Assembly (NCBI GenBank): GCA_022819825.1
Contig: JAJEGM010000028.1
Span: forward strand, 1,838-65,837
From: Acidimicrobiia bacterium
GTDB lineage: Bacteria; Actinomycetota; Acidimicrobiia; Acidimicrobiales; Bin134
DNA: 64,000 nt
Direction of reading: 5' to 3'
Shown one piece after another: positions 27,856-37,106 of this stretch; the first letter of the stretch is position 1, and every line of letters begins with the position of its first letter. The position numbers and the translations under genes are program-made. The notes under the pieces are model-generated. The model was not told the DNA's origin, searched no databases, and worked only from the letters and a program-made list of their open reading frames with translations.

Positions 27856-28833
27856 TTACTGGGCTGGGGGCCCGTGGACGAGTTTGGCGAACTCAGTGGC
27901 GAACAGCTCCGAGGTGCCCGACTGATGGGTGGCCCGCCACTGGCGCCACGGGCACACGTCGTCCCAGCGGTGCAACACCTCGAAGTCCAAGTCGGCGACC
28001 ACCAGCCCCTCAGTGTCGCTCCCCTCGGCGTAGATGTGGCTGAAATCGGGGAAGTCGGGACCGCAGATGAGGCTGTGCCCGGCGTAGTTGGCGGGCAGCG
28101 CCCCCTCAAAACTGTCCTCCAGGCTCTCGCCGAGGTCGATGCCGCCTACCTGGTTCGCCGAGATGGTGAAGACGAAGTTCTCCTGCCCCCGGGTGGCGGC
28201 CACCCGACGCATGGATTCCACCTTGTCCGGCCCGCCCGCGAATGCCGCGGTGGGATTGACGATGATCCTGGCCCCTTGGAGGGCCAGAAGGCGGCTGCCC
28301 TCGGGGTTAAGCCAGAAGTCGTAGCAGATCTGAACCCCGATGGGGCCGTAACGGGTCTCGAAGGCGTCCAGGCTGGTTCCGGGCCGAAACGACACCCCCT
28401 CAGTCACGAACGGGAGCGAGCCCAGGTGCAGTTTGCGATAGGTCCCGAGGATTCCCTCGGGGCCGATCACTGCGGCGGCGTTGTAGAGGGCGTCAGGATC
28501 GTCGGGATCCTGTTCGATCATTCCCACCACCAGGTACATGTCGTGGTCGTCAGCCAAACGGGCGAGGGCTTCAGTCGACGGCCCGGGCACGGTCTCAGCC
28601 AGTGACCGGTGCAGGCCACACGGCCCGCCCAGACGTTCGCATTCGTCGCAATGGATCGCCCCGGTCAGCGCCTCTTCAGGGAAGACCAGCAAGCCCACCC
28701 CCGCCTCGGCGGCCTCGGCAATCCAATCGGTGATCTTGTCCAGGTTGGCGGCCACATTGCCGGGCACCGGTGTGAAGTCCACCGCACCCGCCCGCAGCCG
28801 GGTCTCGTAGGGGGAATAGCGCTCTGGGATCAC
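27856..28833 (-). CDS. carbon-nitrogen hydrolase (nitrilase superfamily)
   Basis: E-K-C triad contexts LLVFPEEALTG, TYRKLHL and GVQICYDFW. GTG 28833 has AGGAG 11 nt upstream, and the track's longer start overlaps the upstream gene. Confidence 0.8.
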   Translation of the reverse strand: MIPERYSPYETRLRAGAVDFTPVPGNVAANLDKITDWIAEAAEAGVGLLVFPEEALTGAIHCDECERLGGPCGLHRSLAETVPGPSTEALARLADDHDMYLVVGMIEQDPDDPDALYNAAAVIGPEGILGTYRKLHLGSLPFVTEGVSFRPGTSLDAFETRYGPIGVQICYDFWLNPEGSRLLALQGARIIVNPTAAFAGGPDKVESMRRVAATRGQENFVFTISANQVGGIDLGESLEDSFEGALPANYAGHSLICGPDFPDFSHIYAEGSDTEGLVVADLDFEVLHRWDDVCPWRQWRATHQSGTSELFATEFAKLVHGPPAQ

Positions 28834-28859
28834 AGTCGTATTATCTCCTGATTGCCCGG

Positions 28860-29762
28860 TCAGCCGCCGCCGGGCGAGGTCTTGGCCGCCGGTTGGACTT
28901 TGGGGGCGTTTTTCCAGTGGGGCACGCCATGCTCCTCGGTTGCGATCCACCACTCGCCGTTGGTGATGGAGGCCCAGTGGGAGTGGTTGAGCTGGTGAAG
29001 GGTGAAACACGCCGACAAGGCGGTATTGAAGCCTTGAGCGTCCATGGTCTGGTTAACCGCCTCCTTGATCAACAGCGCGGCCATGGTGGGCACCGCGGCG
29101 ATGCGCTGGGCGAATTCCAGGGTCTGCTCGTTTAGGGTCTCGTTAGGGAACACCTTGGACACCATGCCCATGGCATGGGCCTCGTGGACGTCGATGGAGT
29201 CGCCGGTGAGCAGTAGCTCCTTGGTCTTGCGGGGGCCGAACTCCCAGGGATGGGCGAAATACTCCACGCCCATCATGCCCAGCCGGGTGCCCACCACATC
29301 AGCGAAGCTGGCGTCCTCGGCGCCCACGATCAGATCGCACGACCACATGAGCATCAGCCCGGCGGCCAGCACCGGCCCTTGCACCTGGGCGATGGTGATC
29401 TTGCGGAGGTTGCGCCACCGCTTGGTGTTCTCGAAGAAGTAGTGCCATTCCTGGAGCATCAGCTTCTCCGAGCCCCGGCGCTGCCCGCCGTTGACCTGCC
29501 AGGTGGGGTGCTGGTTGGGGCCGGGCATGCGCTCCTCGATGCTCTCTTTGGTGCCCATGTCGTGGCCGGCCGAGAACATCGGTCCGACTCCGCCCAGGAT
29601 CACCACCCGCACGTCGTCGTCGGCTTCGGCCACCAGGAATGCCTCGTTGAGCTCCACCAGCATTCCCCGGTTCTGGGCGTTGCGGGCCTCAGGCCGATTC
29701 AGCATGATGCGGGCGACCTTCCCGTCGTCCAGCGTCTCGTAGGTCAGGTACTGGTAGTCCAT
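28860..29762 (-). CDS. enoyl-CoA hydratase/isomerase (crotonase) family protein
   Basis: ..ARIMLNRPEARNAQNRGMLVELNEAF.. ..VVILGGVGPMFSAGHD.. oxyanion-hole blocks. ATG 29762 (MDYQYLTYE..) is chosen and ATG 29780 is possible. Confidence 0.85.
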   Translation of the reverse strand: MDYQYLTYETLDDGKVARIMLNRPEARNAQNRGMLVELNEAFLVAEADDDVRVVILGGVGPMFSAGHDMGTKESIEERMPGPNQHPTWQVNGGQRRGSEKLMLQEWHYFFENTKRWRNLRKITIAQVQGPVLAAGLMLMWSCDLIVGAEDASFADVVGTRLGMMGVEYFAHPWEFGPRKTKELLLTGDSIDVHEAHAMGMVSKVFPNETLNEQTLEFAQRIAAVPTMAALLIKEAVNQTMDAQGFNTALSACFTLHQLNHSHWASITNGEWWIATEEHGVPHWKNAPKVQPAAKTSPGGG

Positions 29763-29866
29763 TTCCCTAGTCTCGCCCATCGGAAGATGCGGTGCGCTGC
29801 CGGGCTCGGCTCTAGGGTCCCTGGTTCTATTGTCACTGTTGGCGTCCCCCAACCCGCGGAGCACCT

Positions 29867-30946
29867 ATGGCTGAGCAAACCAGCATCGAGTCCCACCACA
29901 TCGACACCGCCGGTCTGCGGTTCCACTATCTGGCCGCGGGCGACGAGGAGGCTCCGCCGGTGGTGCTGTTGCACGGCTTCCCCCAGACCTCGCACATGTG
30001 GCGCCACCAGATCCCGGTGCTGGCCGAGCGCTACCGAGTCTATGCCCCCGACACCCGGGGCTACGGCGGCACCGACAAGCCCCGCGTCCGGGTCACCCGC
30101 GATCTGCTGGCCCGCGACATCGTGGACTTTATCGACGCCTTGGGCATTGAGCAGTGCTCGCTGGTGGGCCACGACTGGGGCGGGGTGATCGCCTTCAAGG
30201 CGGCCTTGGAGTACCCCGACCGTTTCACGCGGCTGGGGCTGGTGGACACGCTGTGTACGGTGTGGATCCCGTGGGGCATCCACGGCTACTGGTTCAAATG
30301 CGAGCCCGAGGCCGAGCAGTTCTGGGAACGCTACGCCAGCGAGTTCATCAACTCGATCTTCGGCGGCATCGAAGGCAGCTACGGCCCGCCTCCCCACTCC
30401 CCGTGGAAGGCCCCGGTGGTCGACGGCGAGGCCCAAGACCCCGGCGGGGCCATGTCCGACTGGGACCCTTCCAAGCATTGGAATGCCGACGACGTGGAGC
30501 ACTACCGGGCGGCCTTCGACCAGCCCGGAGCGCACTTCCACGCCGTGTCGTACTACCGGGACGCCCTGCCGTTCCACTTCCCCGATGCCGACGGCAATCT
30601 GGTGTATCGAACCCCGGCCCAGGTGGCCGAGATGTGGAACCATCCCGGCCTGCTCTTCAGCCACCCCGACTTCGGCGTGTTCCCGGTGTACGGACCCGAG
30701 GACCTCGGCCGCACCTACCCCCATCCCGCGCTGTACTTGTACTCGGCGTTCTTGATGCCCCAGGCCTTCGAAGACGGGTTTCCTGCCGACGACCACATCC
30801 CCCACGGCAACCCCTACGCCGACTCCTTCATCGACCACTTCCCCGACTACCGGGCCCGCCCCGCCGCCAGCGGCCACTTCATCCCCGAAGAAGACCCCGA
30901 GCGCACCAACGAGGTGCTCTTGGCCTTTTTGGCTGGCGAGATCTGA
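29867..30946 (+). CDS. alpha/beta-hydrolase (epoxide hydrolase / haloacetate-dehalogenase-like, Asp nucleophile)
   Basis: ..VVLLHGFPQTSHMWRHQ.. (HGxP oxyanion motif) and nucleophile elbow VGHDWGG. The longer antisense ORF 29744-30949 has no motifs. Confidence 0.85.
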   Translation: MAEQTSIESHHIDTAGLRFHYLAAGDEEAPPVVLLHGFPQTSHMWRHQIPVLAERYRVYAPDTRGYGGTDKPRVRVTRDLLARDIVDFIDALGIEQCSLVGHDWGGVIAFKAALEYPDRFTRLGLVDTLCTVWIPWGIHGYWFKCEPEAEQFWERYASEFINSIFGGIEGSYGPPPHSPWKAPVVDGEAQDPGGAMSDWDPSKHWNADDVEHYRAAFDQPGAHFHAVSYYRDALPFHFPDADGNLVYRTPAQVAEMWNHPGLLFSHPDFGVFPVYGPEDLGRTYPHPALYLYSAFLMPQAFEDGFPADDHIPHGNPYADSFIDHFPDYRARPAASGHFIPEEDPERTNEVLLAFLAGEI

Positions 30947-30969
30947 CAAAGACCGCGGCCACTCTTGCG

Positions 30970-33099
30970 CTAGGCGCCCCTGAAGCGGCGCAGGCGCAGG
31001 CTGTTGGTGACTACGAACAACGAAGAGCCAACCATGGCTGCGGCAGCGACAATGGGCTCCAGCACCCCGGCGACAGCCAGGGGAATGGCCGCGGTGTTGT
31101 AGACGAAGGCCCAGAAATAGTTGCCCCGGATGGTGTTCATAGTCCGGCGGCTCAGAGCGATGGCGTCGGCCACCGCGCTCAGATCGGACGACATGATGGT
31201 GATGTCGGCGGCCTCGGCGGCCACATCGGCCCCGGTGCCGATGGCGATGCCGATGTCGGCTTGGCTGAGGGCAGGAGCGTCGTTGATGCCGTCACCCACC
31301 ATGGCCACCCGGCGGCCCTCGGCTTGGAGGCGGGCAATCTCGGCGGCCTTGCCGTCGGGTCCCACGCCGGCCACCACCCGGTCGATGCCCAGCTCGTCGC
31401 CCGCGGCCTGGGCCCGGCGGGGATGATCGCCGGTCAAAAGCACGGTGTCGAGTCCCAGGGACTTGAGCGCGGCCACCGCCGGAGGGGCGGTGGCCCGCAG
31501 TCGGTCGTCCACGGTGATCACCGCTTCGGCCACCGAATCCCGGCCCACCAGCACCGCCACCCGGCCCATGGCCTCGACCGCGGCGGCGGCTCCGTCCACG
31601 GCCTCGGGCACCTGATCGAAGAGCGCCCGCTTGCCCACCCGGACCTCGCTGCCATCCACCGTGGCGACCGCCCCGGTGCCGGGGTGATTCTCAAAGCCGG
31701 ACACAGCCTTTCCGTTTTCTGCCGCCGAGGCGATGGCCCGACCGATGGGGTGCTCCGATCGGGACTCCACCGCGGCGGCCAAAGCCAGCAACGCGTCGGG
31801 GTCGCGGCCGGGGGCGACAATCTCCACCACCTCCATGCGGGCCTCGGTGACTGTTCCCGTCTTGTCGAACACCACGGTGTCGAGCTGTCGGGTGTCTTCC
31901 AGCATCTCGCCGCCTTTGACGATGATCCCGAGCTGCGATCCCCGCCCGGTGCCCACCATCACCGCCAATGGCGTGGCCAGCCCCAACGCGCAGGGACAGG
32001 CCACGATCAACACCGCCACCGCTGCGGTGAACGCCTCCGATGCCGGCTGTCCGGCGGCCAACCAGCCGATAAGCGTCCCTACCGCGATCGCCACCGCGGC
32101 GGGCACGAACACCGCCGAGATCCGGTCGGCCAACCGCTGGATGCGGGTGCGGTTGGTCTGGGCCTGCTCCACCAGCCGCATGATCCGAGCCAGGACGGTG
32201 TCGGCTCCCACGCTGGTGGCCTCTACCACCAGAGATCCGTTGGAATTGACCGAGGCCCCCAGCACGGCATCACCCGGCCCGACCTCTTCGGGGACCGGCT
32301 CGCCGGTGACCATGGAGATATCCACCGCCGAAGCACCGTCAACCACTACTCCGTCGGTGGCGATCCTCTCGCCTGGTCGCACCACGAATCTGGTGCCCAC
32401 TTGGAGGCTGGCCACCGGCACATCGGATCCATCCTCCAACCGGGCCACCGGTGCCACCAGCACGGCCAATGCCCGCAGGGCGTCTCCCGACCGGCGCCGG
32501 GCCCGTTCTTCCAGATAGCGGCCGAGCAGGATCAGCACCACGATCACCGCGCCGGTCTCGAAATAGAGGTGGCCGTCGCCGATCTGGGCGGCCAGCACCA
32601 CCGTCGACCAGATCCACGCTGCGGCGGTGCCCAACGCCACCAACGTGTCCATGGTGGCGGTCCGGTGCTTGAGCTGGGCCCACGCCCGTCGGTGGAATCC
32701 CCAGCCCGACCCGAATACCACACCGGCCGCTAACACCGCGGCCAGCCAGTCCGACGCCTGAAAACCCAGGTCGAAGGCCAAGGCGTCCACCATCGTCAGC
32801 AGTGCCACGAGGGCGCCAATCACTGCCGCGAGAATCAGCCGGTGCATACGGGTGGGCTCCGCTGAGTGCCCATCGCTGAAGCCCTCGGGCAAGCGGGCGC
32901 CGTATCCGGCGGCAATGACCGCGCCTTGCAATTCGGCATCGTCGACGCTGTCACGACAGGCCACCGAAGCCCGGCCTGAGGCGTAGTTAACTCGGGCTTC
33001 GACAACACCATCGACCGCGTTCAGGCTGCGCTCAATCTGCGCGACGCACGCCGAGCAAGTCATGCCGTCTACCAGCAGCGTCGCCCGGCGCATCGCCAT
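30970..33099 (-). CDS. copA: copper-translocating P1B-type ATPase
   Basis: N-terminal HMA domain GMTCSACVAQIE, membrane CPC motif (IVACPCALGLATP), phosphorylation site DKTGTVT and hinge GDGINDAPAL. Confidence 0.92.
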   Translation of the reverse strand: MAMRRATLLVDGMTCSACVAQIERSLNAVDGVVEARVNYASGRASVACRDSVDDAELQGAVIAAGYGARLPEGFSDGHSAEPTRMHRLILAAVIGALVALLTMVDALAFDLGFQASDWLAAVLAAGVVFGSGWGFHRRAWAQLKHRTATMDTLVALGTAAAWIWSTVVLAAQIGDGHLYFETGAVIVVLILLGRYLEERARRRSGDALRALAVLVAPVARLEDGSDVPVASLQVGTRFVVRPGERIATDGVVVDGASAVDISMVTGEPVPEEVGPGDAVLGASVNSNGSLVVEATSVGADTVLARIMRLVEQAQTNRTRIQRLADRISAVFVPAAVAIAVGTLIGWLAAGQPASEAFTAAVAVLIVACPCALGLATPLAVMVGTGRGSQLGIIVKGGEMLEDTRQLDTVVFDKTGTVTEARMEVVEIVAPGRDPDALLALAAAVESRSEHPIGRAIASAAENGKAVSGFENHPGTGAVATVDGSEVRVGKRALFDQVPEAVDGAAAAVEAMGRVAVLVGRDSVAEAVITVDDRLRATAPPAVAALKSLGLDTVLLTGDHPRRAQAAGDELGIDRVVAGVGPDGKAAEIARLQAEGRRVAMVGDGINDAPALSQADIGIAIGTGADVAAEAADITIMSSDLSAVADAIALSRRTMNTIRGNYFWAFVYNTAAIPLAVAGVLEPIVAAAAMVGSSLFVVTNSLRLRRFRGA

Positions 33100-33128
33100 G
33101 GGCTCAGTCTACGGAATGGGAGAGAAGA

Positions 33129-33530
33129 CTATTCCTGAACCAGCTCGATGAGGGTGCCGAAGGCGCCTTTGGGATGGATGAAGGCGACGGTGGTTCCCCG
33201 AGAGCCGGGGCGGGGCTCGGCATCGATGGGAGTGGCCCCGGCAGCAACCATGGCCTCCAGCGCGGCGGCGCAGTCGTCCACCCGATAGCCGACGTGGTGA
33301 ATGCCCTCGCCCCGCTTGGCCAGGAACTTGGCGATGGGCGAATCTTCCCTGGTGGCCGTAGTGAGCTGCACATACGAGTCGGCCACTTTGATCAGGGCCT
33401 CTTCTACCCCGTCGTTTTCCACGACCTCGCGATGCGCCACCGAGGCGCCAAAGGCCTTCTCGTAGAACGAAATGGCCTGCTCCAGGTCGTGGACTGCGAT
33501 GGCGACATGGTCGATCTCAGTGAGAAGCAT
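33129..33530 (-). CDS. mce: methylmalonyl-CoA epimerase (VOC family)
   Basis: MLLTEIDHVAIAVHDLEQAISFYEKAFG.. ..GEGIHHVGYRVDD.. ..AFIHPKGAFGTLIELVQE matches the epimerase family end to end. The track's 239-aa version is an N-terminal over-extension. Confidence 0.85.
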   Translation of the reverse strand: MLLTEIDHVAIAVHDLEQAISFYEKAFGASVAHREVVENDGVEEALIKVADSYVQLTTATREDSPIAKFLAKRGEGIHHVGYRVDDCAAALEAMVAAGATPIDAEPRPGSRGTTVAFIHPKGAFGTLIELVQE

Positions 33531-33650
33531 GGCCTTGCTATCGTAGGCCGACCTCCAGCCAAAGGCGCTGTCGAGAGCCGAAGGGGAACTCTGAAGGAGA
33601 TTGCCGTTTAGCTCCATCACGAGGACAAGACCATCATCTACGTTTGAGCG

Positions 33651-34610
33651 ATGAAGTTTGGGCCCATTCACGTGATCCGCGACCGGACCTATTCCTCGCT
33701 GCTGCGCCAAATTGACGCCACCAAGCCATCCAACGAAACCCAACGTCTGCAAGAGGCACTTGACCGGGCTCGTCAGGAGCTCCAACTTCTTGGGGTCGAT
33801 GTGGAAAGCGACGACCGCTTTGGACCTGAGATACCGAAGCAACTCCACTTGACCCCTCGACTAGGCGGAGAGGGCCACGAATATGTTGAACCCCCCACTC
33901 CGGCGCCTTCACCGCTCGCCTCCTTCAATGTTCTCGATGGATGGATCAGCCAGTTTGAGATTGACGGGGAGAAGGTGGGAGGGGCCGTTGGCCTGTCCAC
34001 CGACGAGCGCATTGAGTGGCTAATGAACTCCATCGGAGGAGTGGCGGGCAAGAGGCTGCTTGAACTCGGGCCGCTTGAAGGTGCCCATACCAAAATGCTC
34101 TGCGATGCCGACGCGGCATCGGTGGTCGCGGTGGAGGGGTCCAGGGCGCTATGGCTTCATTGCCTGGTCATAAAGGAGATCTTCCACCTCGATCAGGCGC
34201 GATTCATTTACGGGGACTTCAATCATTACGTCGCCGACTACGACGGACCCCCCTTCGATGCCGTGCTGGCCTGCGGGATGCTCTACCACCAATTCGACCC
34301 TGTAACGCTGATCGCAAAGCTCAGCAGCCTCACCGACACGGTTATGGTTTGGACCCATGTGGCGGACGATGACTACCCGCCCAACGGAGTACCCACTGAA
34401 GTCAGCGGATACAAGGGCCGTCGCATGGACTATGGCGATGCTCGCAACGAGTTTCGGAACTACTGCGGAGGCACAGCCCAAGAAGCCGTCTGGCTCTACC
34501 ACGATGACTTGATTTGCTGCTTTACCGACAACGGGTTTGCCCGTATCGAGTCGCGCGGTGTGAGCCCAACCCCCGCGGGCCCCGCCGTATTGTTCGCAGC
34601 GTCCCGCTAG
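33651..34610 (+). CDS. class I SAM-dependent methyltransferase-like protein with about 110-aa N-terminal extension
   Basis: Motif I-like ..KRLLELGPLEGAHTKML.., ..VVAVEGS.. and ..FDAVLACGMLYHQFDP.. (motif post-II/III as in the CmoB/DUF1698-type family). The region is visibly less G+C-rich than its flanks. Confidence 0.55.
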   Translation: MKFGPIHVIRDRTYSSLLRQIDATKPSNETQRLQEALDRARQELQLLGVDVESDDRFGPEIPKQLHLTPRLGGEGHEYVEPPTPAPSPLASFNVLDGWISQFEIDGEKVGGAVGLSTDERIEWLMNSIGGVAGKRLLELGPLEGAHTKMLCDADAASVVAVEGSRALWLHCLVIKEIFHLDQARFIYGDFNHYVADYDGPPFDAVLACGMLYHQFDPVTLIAKLSSLTDTVMVWTHVADDDYPPNGVPTEVSGYKGRRMDYGDARNEFRNYCGGTAQEAVWLYHDDLICCFTDNGFARIESRGVSPTPAGPAVLFAASR

Positions 34611-34622
34611 TCAGACCGGCCC

Positions 34623-35030
34623 TTAGGCCGCTTCTCGCCGGGCTGATTCGCCTTCCAACGACTCCCAGAGCTGGTCGCGCAGAACTTCGGCGTCGATGCC
34701 GTCCAACTGGTTGGCCGCAACCACGCCCTCGATCATGTCGGCCAGCACTGCTTCCCAGATGCGGTTCCGGACCATGACCGAAACCGTGACTGAGCCGTCG
34801 CCATGGCGGGCCAGCGTGCGGCGGCGACCAACCTCCCGGGGCGGGCTGCGAAAGCTGGGCACAACCAGCTCCTGTCCTCGCACCGCCATCCCCAATTGGC
34901 GGGCTGCCTCGGCAAAGGCCAGGCACCGGCCAGTTCTGCTCTCTTGCGGCCGGTTATCGCCGTAAATGACCCGCATTCCCTGGGGCTCTCCCTCCTGGCC
35001 CTCCTGGCTTTTCTCATTGATTTCTCTCAT
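34623..35030 (-). CDS. hypothetical protein
   Basis: 135-aa ORF with balanced composition, unlike the competing Arg/Gly/Pro-rich frames. I recognised no family. ATG 34976 (MRVIYGDN..) is an alternative start. Confidence 0.4.
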   Translation of the reverse strand: MREINEKSQEGQEGEPQGMRVIYGDNRPQESRTGRCLAFAEAARQLGMAVRGQELVVPSFRSPPREVGRRRTLARHGDGSVTVSVMVRNRIWEAVLADMIEGVVAANQLDGIDAEVLRDQLWESLEGESARREAA

Positions 35031-35073
35031 ACACCCAGTATCCCGACAGGAGTGACAGTTTCTGCTTTGAGCC

Positions 35074-36306
35074 CTAATTCAGATCGAGGACCTTGGTTCG
35101 GCCGCTGATCACCCACCACAGAGCAGTGGCGGCCAAGAGAACACCGGCCCCGCCTACGGCAATCCGGGGCCCGATCACATCGGCCAGAAAACCCTGAAGC
35201 TGAGCGCCGAGGGGCAGCCCGGCCAGGAGGGTGATGAGGTAAAGGGCCAACACCTTGGCCCGGAGAGCCTCCTCCACCTGAAGCTGGATCACGGTGTTGA
35301 GAGTGGCGGCAGTAGCTATGTGCGATGCTCCCAATACAGCCAGAGCCACCACCGCCAACCAGTAGTAGGGCGAAAGCGCGAATCCCAACAGCGCGATGCC
35401 ATAAATCGGCCAGCCGAATCCCACGAGACGGCTGCGGGGCACGCGACTTCCCCTGCCGGCCACAAACGGAGTGTTGAGCATCGCTCCCACTCCGGTGGCC
35501 GCAGCCAAAATGCCGTATTGGGTCTCACCCACCTTGAACACGTCATTGGCAAAGATCACCACCAAGTGGATGATCGGCTGGCCGAAGAAGGCGATCACCC
35601 CGGCAACCAGGATGGACAAGCGAATGCCGGGATTGTCGGCGGCGTAGCGCACGGCGGCCGCGGCATCTCTGAATACGTTGGGCCTGTCACCACCCTCCGG
35701 AGCCAGTCGGGGCACCCGGATGAGGATCAGAGCCAAAACCGCGGGCAAATACGTGAGCGAGTTGGTGAAGAAGCACCAACCAGGACCGCCTACCGCCAGC
35801 ACGATCCCACCGATCATGGGCCCGACTGCTCGAGAGGCGTTGAACTGAGCCGAGTTCAAAGTGACGGCGTTCAAGAGAGCGCCGCGGGGCACCAGCTCGG
35901 CGACGAATGCCTGCCAGGCGGGGAGCTGGATGCCGTTCATGCACCCGTTCACCACTCCAAGGGCGATGTAGGCCAGCGGGCGGTCGACGCCTGCGGCCCA
36001 CATGGCCGCGAAACCCAGCGCTATAAGCGCTTGGGCCGAGTTGGTGAACGTCAGCATGATTCGCCGAGGGAATCGATCGGCCAGCGCCCCGCCGACCATC
36101 CCCAAGAACACCGCTGGCAGCGTCTGCATCATGGCGGCCAATCCCACCCAGGTCCCGCTTTCGGTGAGGTCTTCGATCACAAAGGCCAGCGCGATCATCT
36201 GCACCCAAACACCGGAGTTCGAGATGAGGGCTCCGGAGATGAACAGGCGATAATTCCGGTACGACAGCGCTTGCCGCGCGCGTCGAGGATTCCGGGAATC
36301 GGTCAC
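35074..36306 (-). CDS. MFS transporter
   Basis: 410-aa, about 12 hydrophobic segments. N-terminus ..YRNYRLFISGALISNSGVWVQMIALAFV.. and ..GGALADRFPRR.. (MFS motif A) as in EntS/MFS_3-type exporters. Confidence 0.85.
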   Translation of the reverse strand: MTDSRNPRRARQALSYRNYRLFISGALISNSGVWVQMIALAFVIEDLTESGTWVGLAAMMQTLPAVFLGMVGGALADRFPRRIMLTFTNSAQALIALGFAAMWAAGVDRPLAYIALGVVNGCMNGIQLPAWQAFVAELVPRGALLNAVTLNSAQFNASRAVGPMIGGIVLAVGGPGWCFFTNSLTYLPAVLALILIRVPRLAPEGGDRPNVFRDAAAAVRYAADNPGIRLSILVAGVIAFFGQPIIHLVVIFANDVFKVGETQYGILAAATGVGAMLNTPFVAGRGSRVPRSRLVGFGWPIYGIALLGFALSPYYWLAVVALAVLGASHIATAATLNTVIQLQVEEALRAKVLALYLITLLAGLPLGAQLQGFLADVIGPRIAVGGAGVLLAATALWWVISGRTKVLDLN

Positions 36307-36343
36307 TGCGCCAACTTATTCGCTGCACCCCTATTGTCATGAC

Positions 36344-37102
36344 ATGGCTCTTGTGCTCTGCGAGATCGAAGATGGCGTTGCCACCGTGACCCTCAACCAC
36401 CCTGAGGTGCGAAATGCGGTCAGCTTGGAGATGAACGGGGAACTCGACGCGGTGTTCGACCACGTGGAGGCCGATGAGTCGGTGGGAGCGGTGGTCCTTA
36501 CCGGTGCGCCGCCAGCGTTCTCGGCGGGCGCGAACTTGGACGAGTTGCTGGCCGCTGACGACCCCAAGAGCCTGAGCTCCATTTACGCCGGGTTCCTGCG
36601 GGTGGCCCACACCCCGCTCCCCACGGTGGCCGCAGTGAACGGCCCGGCAGTTGGGGCGGGTATGAACTTCGCGCTGGCCTGCGACGTGATCCTGGCCGGA
36701 CACAGTGCGATGTTCGAGAGCCGGTTCCTTCAGATAGCCATCCACCCTGGCGGAGGCCACACCTGGCGTTTGCGCAACATCTGCGACCGCCAGACGGCCA
36801 TGGCCATGGTGCTGTTCGGCGAGCGGCTCGACGGATTGCGGGCCGCCGAGATCGGACTGGCCTGGAAATGCGTGGACGATGATGCCCTGCTGGACGAGGC
36901 CCGTCGCATGGCCCGACGTCCGGCCCGGGCCCCCCGAGGACTCACCAAGGCCATGAAGCAGACCATCCTCGATATGGGTGGGATCACCGACAGTGCGGCG
37001 GCGGTAGCCCGAGAAGTCGATCCCCAGGCGTGGTCGATGACCCAGCCCGAATTCAAAGAGCGGGTGGCGACCCTCAAGGAGGCCATCAGCAAGTCGGACT
37101 AG
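36344..37102 (+). CDS. enoyl-CoA hydratase/isomerase
   Basis: ..VATVTLNHPEVRNAVS.. ..VVLTGAPPAFSAGANLDEL.. ..VAAVNGPAVGAGMNFALACD.. classic crotonase blocks. Confidence 0.85.
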   Translation: MALVLCEIEDGVATVTLNHPEVRNAVSLEMNGELDAVFDHVEADESVGAVVLTGAPPAFSAGANLDELLAADDPKSLSSIYAGFLRVAHTPLPTVAAVNGPAVGAGMNFALACDVILAGHSAMFESRFLQIAIHPGGGHTWRLRNICDRQTAMAMVLFGERLDGLRAAEIGLAWKCVDDDALLDEARRMARRPARAPRGLTKAMKQTILDMGGITDSAAAVAREVDPQAWSMTQPEFKERVATLKEAISKSD

Positions 37103-37106
37103 CCGG

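Noticed and set aside
27034-28605. 523-aa plus-strand ORF spanning the SDR, cupin and nitrilase genes
   Set aside because: It crosses three well-supported minus-strand genes and has low-complexity Pro/Arg/Gly/Ala composition.
29744-30949. 401-aa minus-strand ORF opposite the alpha/beta-hydrolase
   Set aside because: The plus strand carries the HGFP oxyanion motif and the GHDWGG nucleophile elbow. The minus-strand frame is Gly/Val/Arg-rich without motifs.
30154-32733. 859-aa plus-strand ORF, the longest in the track
   Set aside because: It is antisense to the P-type ATPase. Its composition is dominated by Arg, Gly, Pro and His with no recognisable motif, whereas the minus strand carries GMTCSAC, CPC, DKTGT and GDGINDAP. 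It is a typical high-G+C shadow ORF.
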